Shown one piece after another: positions 1 through 10,925 of a stretch of DNA of 64,000 bases (position 1 is the stretch's first letter; each line of letters starts with the position of its first letter). The stretch is taken from contig NW_003314290.1 of assembly GCF_000143415.4 (NCBI RefSeq), forward strand, positions 859,586-923,585. Reading direction: 5' to 3'. The notes under the pieces are model-generated. The model saw nothing but the letters and a program-made list of their open reading frames with translations. It did no database searches and was not told where the DNA came from. The position numbers were made by a program, and so were the translations under genes. The stretch comes from Selaginella moellendorffii (Eukaryota > Plantae > Lycopodiophyta).

Positions 1-2466
1 CTGTCTAATCCCGGCCACTATACTTTCCTGGTCTTTGAGTCCATCCGGGTGCATCGGCCGTGGGGAACCCTGAGGAATCATAGGTTCCCCAGTTATGGGA
101 TCTCTCTTGAAGAGTTCAATGCCGTCCACTGGCAGCCACACTGTGTCCCATTCTCTCATCTTGTACCTCATCACTGGAGCACCGTCACACATGCTGAAAT
201 GAAACTGAAGAGGCTTGGAGTGGCCAATCAGCGTTTCGGATCCGTCCCTGATGTAGCCTCTTACAAACCCCTTAAAGTCTGGAACCTCTGTCAGAAGTGC
301 AGCTTCAACAGTGCCTTTGATGCAATTTTGGAATTCATCGTAGAGTTGTGGGAGGGTGAGGACATTGGATGGCCGGAGGGACTCTGCCAGGTGACTGAAC
401 ATGGCATTGACGTCTTCATGAGTGTGCCCAACCATGAGAAAGCCAAGTGTAACCGTTTCAAATATGCCTTTGGCAACAAGCATCGCCAAGTACGCGAAGA
501 CGTACATGTTTTTGTTCTCACTGCCAGCATTGTCTGTTTGGAGCAGAAGATGGGGTGGAAGGCCATATCGGCCGCAAGAACTTCCTTGAGATTCTGCTTT
601 GTTTGGATGAGGCTGTGCATTCACCGGGCGACCAGCCTCGTCGGAATGGCATAAGGCCTCACGTGATAACCCTACAATCTGACGGCCAACATATTCACTG
701 GGATGGCATGGGGCCCCACGCGATACTGCAAGCCTTTGCTCCTCCTCCAGCTGAACCCTGTATGGGGTTCGATCGACAAGGGCCTTATGCAAGGGTTGGC
801 CGTTCAACTCAGTCTGCGCACTCTGCAAAGACCTTAAGTGTTTTGCTAGGGACGCAATCATCATGTTTGCACCCCCGCCACCCCATAGAGGTACAAAGAA
901 GTTCCCATAGTTCTGGGCACCATGCCCATGAGCGATTATGCCAAATAGAGACACAGGCAGCTGCATGGATGAAGAGATTGCCTTGGGGGCAGGATTGAGT
1001 CGAGGTAAGCACGTCTTTTTCTGGTCCATTTTGTCGTGGATGATGCAGAGGTAAGAGTCAGGTCTCTCCATGGAGAGAATCCTGTTATGATAATATGCAG
1101 TCCTGCAGCTTCTCTGCTCGATGTTGTGGTCGAGCCGCCTTCTAACCAACGTCTCTCGCTCTTGAGCGCTGCAAGAATTCTTCGACAAAGCCATTTTGAT
1201 AGCAGTGCACTCGTCACACTTTGAAAAGCTGGAGTACTTTCCTATACTCACATCCCTGAACCTGTTGCTCCACAATCTACTAAATCTAGATTGGCTCAGC
1301 TTCCTGTAGCCATTACTCTGGAGTTCCCGATTCACATCTTCCAATATGGCCCCCTTGGTATACATGGAAGGGAGAACTCGTTGGGTGTCTCGTGTTCCAT
1401 CTTCCAAGAGGCGGGTTTTATGTGGTTGTTGCTCGCTACATGTCTCGACAAACCTCTTGAAGATTGCCTCTCCATATACAACATGACCCCTGGTTTTGTG
1501 CGTATCGTCGTTCCCATGGACTGCCTGTTGAACCCTTTGTTCCTCGAACTCAGTTTTGATTCTGTAGAATGTGGTTCGAGGGACTCCATAAATGATTCTC
1601 CATACCTTCATGCAGACCAAACCCCTCTGGAAGACCATGCCCCCCACCTGATGTTCTGAAGCATCAACAGATGACCGTAATGCCTCATACACAAAATTGC
1701 GAGCTGCCTTCCAGGACAATGTCTTGTATCTTGCTCTCTCCTCTTCAATAGCATCCCAATCAGCATGTTGACAGCACCTCCTCTTGCAACAAGCAACTGT
1801 CGAGACCATTCGAACCTCCATCGCCATTTTCTGCCTTTTCAGTTCATTGCTCAGATCCCTTTGGCTGCGCTTTAGGAAGGTGTACTTTCTTTTCCCATGA
1901 AGAGATGTTCTGTCATCAGTTGTAGTGGTGTTTGATTGTGAATCCTTCACATTCTCAAACACTAAGTGCCTCAATTTCCACCGCACAATGCTTCCAATAG
2001 TCAGACTGTTTTCTTCTGTGTCAACAACCTCTAAAATCGCAACTCCAATATCATCCCAACCCAATTCTTGATTAGCAACCGCATCTCTTGGATCGACAAC
2101 TGTGGTTAAGCCCTCAGCTACCACCTCCCCCTCGGGGTTGTTTAGAAACACCTTCGCCTGAATCCATGTAACACGGTTCTTAAGATCCACGGAGGGAACA
2201 TGCGTCGCACTTGCACTGTCCCCAACATCTGCTTTCTTCTAAAGATTTTTCAAGGCAACAATAACATTTACCCCGACGACCATCTCTCCTCGTTCAATAG
2301 CGACCACATTCCCATCGAAGACAGTCTCTACTGATACAGCAGCATTGCCTTCCCCAAGCCTTTGACAGTGTATAACAAAGTTCCGATCCATAGACACAAG
2401 GGTCCCTTTTGCAACTCTCTTCCCACCATTCAAAATGTAAACCTTTTCCCCAACCCTGAAGGCCAT
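1..2466 (-). pseudogene. Sola1-like DDD transposase with two N-terminal Tnp1/En/Spm-like repeats; one in-frame stop; runs off the window edge
   Basis: Manual translation: the frame from ATG 2466 has a TAG at 2239-2241 and is then open to base 1. Motifs: CCKRRCC, VCMKVWRIIYGVPRTTFYR...HGN, FSKCDEC, LCIIHDKMDQKKTCLP (D1), LPPHLLLQTDNAGSENKN (D2), FLMVGHTHEDVNAMFS (D3 region). A splice acceptor (ttttctgcactttcag) lies just before the ATG. Confidence 0.8.
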
Positions 2467-2830
2467 TCTGAAAGTGCAGAAAAGAAGTTAAGACCATACA
2501 AAAAATGATTGGAAAATGGCCTAAATCATAACATACCAAACAACCTCAATAGCATGAGGCCACATGCCATTATTCAAACATGCTATTGACACCCACATGA
2601 AATTTCGCATTCACAAAATTGGCATGAGGCCTCATGCCATCTTGATATACACACAGCTGCAGGCAAGTAAAAACATACATGACAATACGCTAGCCATGAA
2701 ATTGCAAGGGCCCAAGATGGCATGTGGCCTCATGCCATTTCTAAATGTGGTCCTAAGCCATTCCATGGTGAACATACCAGGAAGCACAAGTGCTGAATAT
2801 CAAGAGGAAGCGGTAGCCACACCAAAGACA

Positions 2831-2965
2831 GTGCCGCTTGCAACACCGCAACTACTCGTAGCGCCGCTCGCAACACCGCAACTGCTCGTAGCGCCGCTCG
2901 CACAAACTGCCACTCGCATAAACTGCCGCTCGCAATGGCACTCGCAATGCCGCAACTGCTCGTAG
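2831..2965. repeat. 30-bp tandem repeat (gcgccgctcgcaacaccgcaactgctcgta) with degenerate tail
   Basis: Two near-perfect units at 2831-2890 followed by partial units. Confidence 0.8.
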
Positions 2966-3761
2966 ACGCATAAACCACAGCCCACAACGCCGCTTACACA
3001 AGCAACGCTCACTGCACTCAGTGGAACCAAGAACACGGTGCACAAAAATGATAGACCTAGGAATGAGTTCGAGAATTCAAAAATAACACACGCTTGAACG
3101 TCACATCAAATCCTCTGACAAACCAGATTTTATGATTCCTCTGAAAAATTTCAAATTGAGTAGCTTCTAGACTTTGCTGTCGGAGGTTGAACTTTGTCAC
3201 ATCATGTCCTTGCCTCGATCCAGCTGTGCCATGTCAGTGATTCGAATTTTGCCATGCCATGTCAGCGATCCGCACCAAGATTATTCGCCGTGTAAAGGAA
3301 TAATTATGCTGTGTGTGTACGTCCATTTATGGCAATATAAGGCCACACGCCATTCAAAGAATAATGCTAGTCGAGCATTTTTTGGTGCATTTTTGGGTTC
3401 AAAATTGCATGAGCCCACACGCTATAAAGTTTACCTGTACCAAAAATAGAAACAGCTTTATTTACTTGGGAATTTAAGTGGTTGAGGCATTTTTAAACTT
3501 ACAAACACATGCCCTACTTACATTCCTTTGGTTGCTTAAAATTCAAAAATATTATAAACCTTTCTTTTTGCATTTTCAATGTTTTCAATTATGGTTTTTG
3601 ATTTTCGCAGGACCAGCCTAGTAATCTATTTGCATCCCGTCATGTTTATAGCTAGCTTTCGTTTGTCCCCTTCGCTAGCCTGAGATACATCTGCTCGGCA
3701 TCTGCCTCTTACAGCATTTGCCCAAAAAGGGCATCTTTCTTCACGCAGCATTTGCCACATG

Positions 3762-3787
3762 TTTAGGGTTTAGGGTTTAGGGTTTAG
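3762..3787. repeat. Short interstitial plant telomere repeat (TTTAGGG)3+
   Basis: tttagggtttagggtttagggtttag. Confidence 0.9.
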
Positions 3788-4976
3788 CAATTCAATAGCT
3801 TGATAAACATGCAAATACAGAACTTGATGCAAAATCCTTTGATATGTCACAATGCCCCTAGGACCATAAACACATTTCAATAGAGAGGGTCTTTTCATTT
3901 CATAACTCCTTACGTAGATCTTGATGAAACCAGAGTTAGTGAAGTTAGTTTCTTGTGATCCTGCATCTGATTGTGATGTCCCTTTGCAGTGTCGATGGAA
4001 AGGTCAATGCACACCAAACTGTAAAATCTTGGAGCAAAATAACGGTTGGATCTATGGCAAATGCCCCTGAAACATTGTAAGGCTCGTGTGGTCTCATGTG
4101 GTGTCCGATCGAGATGCTTCTTTGCAGGGTCATCAAGAAAGACATTGTATACCATTCTGTAAAATCTAGTTGCGATCTAACAGTTGGATCTCCAGAAAAC
4201 TCAAAAAAATCTCGTGCGTGTCAGAATATTCTAGGAATATACTCCTATGTGCCCTTGAAAATGGCATGCGGCCCCATGCCATTCAAGAGATAACGCCAGA
4301 TGACACCGAGAATTTTTTGGTGCATTTTTTGGGTTCAAAATTGCATGAGCCCACACGCTATAAAGTTTATCTTTGCCAAATAGAGAAAAGTTTATCTGTG
4401 TCATGTGAGGTAGTTACAGTCTTTTGTGCTCGGCATCTGCCTCTTGCAGCATTTGCACTGAAAGGGAATTTTTCTCCATTCAGCATTTGGCCCTGAAAAT
4501 GGCATGCGCCCACACGCCATTCAAGGAATAACGCCACAAGACATTTTTGGGTTTAAAATGTTTAGGGTTTTTTGGGTTTTTTCAAAATATTTTGGGTCCA
4601 ACGTTTTTTGGGTTTCTTTGGTTCAAAATTGCATGAGTCCACACGCTATAATATTGATTTGAGAGAAAAATAGAAACAGATAGAATTTCTTTATTTAGCT
4701 GAACATCTGCCATTTTTGGAAATACAAGATGCTTTGGAATATCCAATCATGCATGGTATAAATATAGCGAGGGTATTAAATGATATCCCAATCATGATCT
4801 TTCTTTTGGATTTCGTGTGCATGCAGTCCGAGGAATGATGACGTTGCGGATTTCTTTTGGATTTTGCGTGCTTGCATGCGCGCGGCAATCCAGAAATTAA
4901 TGGTGGCACCCAAGTCCGAGGAATGATGACGTGGCGGGATTACCAACCGTTGTGACATTTCGCGAGGTTTTGCATT

Positions 4977-7900
4977 TTGCTTCGTACTCGCGCTCGCACA
5001 CTCGCGCTCGCATCGCGCTCCCACTCGCGATCACGCTCACATTCGCGCTCATCTACCTTCTCTACAGGTTTCTCATGTGCATCGGCGTCCACTCGTGCTT
5101 GCATCACACTCACGCTCGCATCGCGCTCGTGTGCATCGGCGTCCACTTCAAGACACACCCAGTTTGTAACTTCGCCGCCAACTCCGCCGCCCACTCCGCC
5201 ACCCACATGCAGCCCACTTGGCGTCCCGGGAGATTTCAGCGCCACTCTCCAACTGTAAGTGGCAGAGTAGCCTTGCTGCTACGATCCGCTGTACACACAG
5301 TGCACATTCGCCAGCGAGTCCGGCCTCGATTGTCACGGCCTCCATTCGGCTTCAAATGGTAAGTCTTTTAGGCCAAGTAGAAAATGGCATGAGGCCACAT
5401 GCCATTCAGTAGCAACATTGGCATGCACCGATTGGGCTCTCGAGTGCAGTCCGGTTACAGATGGCGTGTAGCCTCACGCCATCTTAGGATGCAGCCTCAA
5501 GACATCTTATGTAGTGGTGAATGGCGTGTGGCCTTATGTTATTTCCAGCTGCTAGCTTTTCATCTGTCAGCTCTAATTGTTGTGCATTTCTGAATAGGCG
5601 AGGAATTGTGTTCTTCTTCCAGCCACTGTCAATGTGGATGCAGAGAAGGGGGAGGAGCTCACCAGTTGGACTTTCGGGATGGAAGGCGAGGATCTGATGC
5701 TGTACAACACAGATGGTGGGAGAAAAAAATGCATGGGGATCCTCATCCAAGTGACAGACACTCCATGCAGTTCCATGCAAGAATATGGACTGGCACTTGT
5801 GGTAGAGACAACGTCCGCCTTCAAGATCCACCTTGCACATCCTAGCGGCTTCCCGAAGGGGGGCAGCAGCTATGAGGAATTCCTAGAGGGAGCTAGGGAG
5901 AGGTTGTCCAGGAGGCCCACAATTTCAAAGACGCTGCGGGTCTATGAAGATCACATGGAATCCATGGACCTCACCTACGGCGATGTTCAAAAACTATATT
6001 CCAACATTGAGCCGTTGAGAGTGCCTCCAGTTCGCGAAGCGAAGGGGAAGGGGGTCGATCTGGAAACTACCCCGAAGCAGAAAAGGGTGGTCAAGCTCAA
6101 GCCGACGTCTGACTCTACTGCTCCAAAAAAGAAGCTACTCAGTGATGCCATTGCCTCGGGTTTGAACACTACACCCACCAAAAAGAAGAGCCGCAAAGAG
6201 CAGAAAGAGCAAGAAGAGGCAGCAAAAATCGTCGCAGATAATAGTACTTGTTATTATTCCAACAAAGTATATACAATCGACGTGAGCCGTATCGACATCC
6301 AAAGCAAATACAACCACAGGCTAGTATCTAATGAGTGGGTGGAGAAACTGAAGCAGAAGATGCTGGCAAGTCCAGTAACACCCGACATCGCAGACGTGAT
6401 CCCCTACTACCGAACAATGAAGGGCGAGACGAGGTTTCCAAACTTGATCAATAGGAAGGTGTTGGACGATCAGAACATCCGGTTCTATGCCGTCTCCGGG
6501 CAGCATTCTAGCTTGGCGATGCAACAGATAGTTGTGGATATTATGGTGGGCGAGGAGGTGAGGAAAGTCTTCAAGACAAGAGTTGTCCGCCTGATAAAAG
6601 GCAACTCGCCCCTCCGATCTATCATATACATCTCCCACGCGTAGAATGTCAAGCAAGAAACGTGCTACAAATCGGGTCTGCACGAGACATTGGCACGAAC
6701 ACGGAAGCTCTGGGTTCAACTGAAGAAGCCACAAAAACCAGGACAAGGACGTGCACTAGCAACTAGCGCCTGGCAGGTAAGCCTCGTTGCATGTGGCATA
6801 ACATGTGGCCTCACGCCATTTCCATTGCAGGAATTCTCGAGTCTTCTCTCGAAAACACTGAGGGTCAATGACACACTCAGCTTCCATAACATTCTACTCG
6901 CGACAAAAGTTGTTTTTGACAAATGGGTAGATGTGCTGAGGAGGTACCATGACGGGGAGTTGCTAAACTCAATGGGTGTGGAGGACGGCCGGAAGCCCAA
7001 TGATTTGAAGCTCAAGGCTTGTGTTTCTCGCGGTCTCTAGATGACAACGACCTTCTGACAGTGGCTAATGCTCTTCTACGTGGTGAGGTAGTCTTGAACA
7101 AGACCAAAATGACTCCCGGCCATATTGTGACATACGAGGACTTGTGCATGACTCTGAGAGCTCGTGCGCTATTGAAGGATTGGATCTTCGAGCAAGTGGC
7201 TGTGGAGAGGGTGAGCATCGACACCACGCAAGAGATGATGGAAGAGCTAGACTTGTCAAATGAAGACATCGACGAGTACGTGAAGGGGGCCCCCAAGTTC
7301 ATCGATCTGCTGCGGGATGCCACGAAAAGTAAAGCTGAGAAGTTGGATCAGTATCCAAATTTCATTAAGAGGGATGTCGACCGCCGGCTTCAGAAACAGC
7401 TCGACCCTGCAGCAGAGGCCTATCGAGAACCTTACCGGGTATACGTGAATTCGGATGAGGATCAAAGGTGGAGGAGCATCGTTTCCCGCGGAGATGAGCA
7501 GGTCAAGAACATCTTTTGTGTGATGGACTTCACAAACGAGGAGATCACTCATGCAGACGAAGTCAGCTCCATCATTGACTTAATAGTGGGACTTGCGAAG
7601 GTGGAATCTTCAGTCCACTATATGATCTACGACTCCGAATCCTATCACAAGTTCTGGAAGGCCTTGAACGAGGTGAAGGCTCGGTTGAAAGGCAAGGAGA
7701 TGCGGGAGATCCATGGGATAATGGCTAAGAAGAAGATACCGACGAATGTCCGCATCTTCACACTCACCCTTGTTATTGGTCCTATAGCAGAGTGGGACTG
7801 GAGTGACTTCCCAGCTTCGTTCAACAAGGCCGATCGAATTGATCTGAGGGAGGTCAATTTACCCGTGCCTGAGGAACTGAAGACGGCTATGGAGCTTTCG

Positions 7901-10900
7901 AATCCAAAGAAAGCTCCAGGTGCAGCATGGGAAATGCTCAGCTGGGTCTTCAACGCAATAGCGGGTGACTCCAAGGGCAAATGCGTTGTCGAGTACAACT
8001 GCGGTGGACTATTCTTTCGAGCCGCACTACTCAAGGGTGTCCCGTGTGTTGCGGTGACAAACTCCATTGAAGAGGTGACTTCAATGGAGCATATAATTAC
8101 AGTTGCCAAAGAAAAACAGTATCTTCTCTGCGAACCTGGTGAGTACGCACTTTAAGTTTAAATGTTATCTCACAAGCTCTGTATGCAGGAGTGTGGCCAC
8201 CCCCAGATGCTGAAACGGCATTAACAGCTACTGATGTTAGGCCGAGCTCACAACCTGCACAAGGTAAGGTCACGTGAGGCCTCACGCCATTTTGATTATA
8301 GATAGTTGTGAATATTCAAACACGAGGACTGAAAAGCGCACTGGTGGCGCGTCGAAGAAGGACAAACAGACAAGCAATAGGAAAAAAGGAGGTACAAATT
8401 ATATTTGCAATGGCGTGTGGTCTCATGCCATTCCTTGCAGGAGATACTTCTTCAAAGGCAAAACAGGCAAGCACCAGCCAAGCTCAAACTGACAGTGGTC
8501 ATAAAAAGCGAAAGCACGTTGGACAGTCGTCGGGATCAGAGGCGTTTGATTTGAAAAGGAAGAAGGGCAACGAAAAGATGATAGGTAATGCCTTGCGGTT
8601 ATGGCGTGTGTGCTCATGCCATTCATTGCAGATCAAGGGCTGAGTGAAAGGAGCCAGTCACCACCTCCTGACTCAGATTCCTATGGCGGACTCCCCTTCC
8701 CCAATCTCAATGGAGAGGTACAATGGATGAGGGATGCTTTTCAAGTTAGGGCCACGTTTTTCTCATCTCGTCGTCTTCGAAGGGTGCAAGAACGTGCAGA
8801 AACCATGTTAAGACAGTCGGGTGAGGATACGGTCCTAGGTCAAGCACTAAAACAGGCTATGGTTGTCTTGTATTTTGAGATGGAGACTCGGCCAGATGAT
8901 TTTCCCAAGATGGTCCTGGAAGAACAAGCCATCCAGCCTGAGCAGCCTATGGAAGAAATGTAGGAGGGGGATGAGGAGCCAGAGAAAGATAATGAGCAGG
9001 AAGAGCAGAAGGACGAAGAAGAGGAGGACGAAGAAGAGGAGGACGAAGAGGACTTGGATGGTCCTCACAATGGTGACGATCACAATAACGACGATGACGA
9101 TGAGACAATGGCCAGCCTGAGGTGGCCAAAGAGCAGCGGAGGAAGGTCATACAAGACAAACCATCAGGTAAATAATAGTACATCCATTCCTAACCTTTTA
9201 CCATTTCTAACATTGTCCATGTAGGTCGCAGAAGAAATGGTAAGTAGAGATTATTCAGTTGAATTAAGATACAAACTCTAGCCTTTAGTGTCGAGGAAGG
9301 ATAGTGCCAAGCAAGGGTCGAAACGTATGTCCAATCCTTCAGAATCAGCAGTGCGCCCAAGTAATATCGGTCCTAGTTCCTCAATAGCAGTTGATGGTAA
9401 ATACAGTATAGTCGATTCAATGTGCTAATAAGTTTGTTTTTAGTAGCCAGTAGGGAAGATACCATCTCAATCGAAGGGAGATATTTGGACATGCATATGG
9501 ATCCGCCAGTGGACTCTACTTGCCTGCAAGAGTCATCAGAGCTGGTGGAGGCTACTATCCATATCAACGCCAAGTAAGCTGACCACGCTCCACTTGATGC
9601 TGCCCATACCACTGAGTCAATCTTGTCCACGTATCCAACTGACGGTGACCAGGCGCCATTGGACCCGCATGAGGCCGCCCCAGCCGCCGAGCCGGTCGTA
9701 TCCTCATTTCCAATGTGTGCCCAATTGTCTGACTACGCGCCATTGGAACCTCCCTACACCGCCCCTGCTGCCTGTTCGGTCATGTCCACTTTGCCAACGG
9801 AGGCACCAGCTGAAATGGCGTGTGATCACACGCCATCGGAACCACCCCATGCCACTGTTGAGCCAGTTGTACCAGAGTCTACAGCTGAAATGGCATGTGC
9901 CCACACGCCATCGGATGTGATTGACCCCACATTGCAGAGGAGAGTATTTCCGCCCTTCACGTTTCCTCAACCAAAACCCTCTCAACGACCATCGGGAGCA
10001 CCATTCGCTAATATTGTAGATGGTAAAATTGACTTGTACCATTTTTTATGCTGATGCATTTTATTTCAGAGTCACGGCGAAGGTACTGTATCGTTTTTGA
10101 TCTTAACGGTGTCCTTTTCTCCCATGAGCGTGGCTCGTCCTCGAATGTCACTGCACCCTCCAAAGCCTGCGGTCGCAAGTTGGTCAAAAGAGACAGATTC
10201 ACATTAATCACACGGGAGAAACTACGGGATCTAATAATGACCATGCGACACTTAAAACAGAGGGCCGGGTTCAATTTGCAATTGGGAGTTTGGACATCCA
10301 TGATGCGCCACAATGCAACGTTGCTACAGATGATGCACAATCAAACGCGAGTAATATTACCATTTGACTTTCTCCTAACGCAGGAGGATTGCTTGACTAT
10401 GGTCCATGTGAGGGGTAGCAAGCCCATCTTCGTCAAGCCAGAGGCTGTAGTGATGAACCGGACTGCTAGGTCAAGTGAAATCCTCATCATCGATGACTCG
10501 CCGATTAAAACTGCAGCGAACACGCACACATATGCAGTGCACCCCATCTCTTGCAGTATGGAAACTAGGGAGAAGAAACCGTTCTGGGGGACCTTGCAAA
10601 ACGGCTTGAAGCGATGGTGATAGAGAACCGGCCAGTCCAGGAGGTGGCTGCAGAAATCAACCAAATGGCAGATGGAACGGTATATCAGAAGCCATTTGAT
10701 CGGACAGACACCAGTCATCATTTATGGCATGTATATTGTCTAGTCAAGCACTATCCGCATCTCCATAATCTGCTCAACCGGATGGGTTCTTCGACCACTG
10801 AACATGAGCGTGGACGTATTAGAGAAGAGATGGCATTACTATTGGGTTTAAATCCTGATAGTGTGGAGAGTGATAAAATTCCAAGATTATTGTATAGGCG

Positions 10901-10925
10901 TTGGAGGCAAAAAATAACAGTTTGA
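4977..10925 (+). pseudogene. Multi-exon transposon cargo gene: ParB/Srx-like domain, possible degenerate N4/N6-DNA-methyltransferase fold, acidic/low-complexity region, FCP1/NIF-like HAD phosphatase domain
   Basis: ORFs 5634-6644, 6690-7040, 7019-8155 and 8601-8963 are joined by GT-AG introns (6777-6830, 8139-8188, 8264-8301, 8392-8440, 8585-8631); the link to 10048-10925 through intervening exons was not fully traced. Lesions: TAG at 6642 and 8961, frameshifts at about 7037 and about 10615. Motifs: FYAVSGQHSSLA; CVVEYNCGGLFFRAALLKG; IVFDLNGVL...ILIIDDSPIK. The 5' start is uncertain. Confidence 0.65.

Noticed and set aside
49-1796. Short ORFs listed in the track over the first 1.8 kb
   Set aside because: They are antisense or off-frame to the long transposase frame, which the track omitted because it runs off the window edge.
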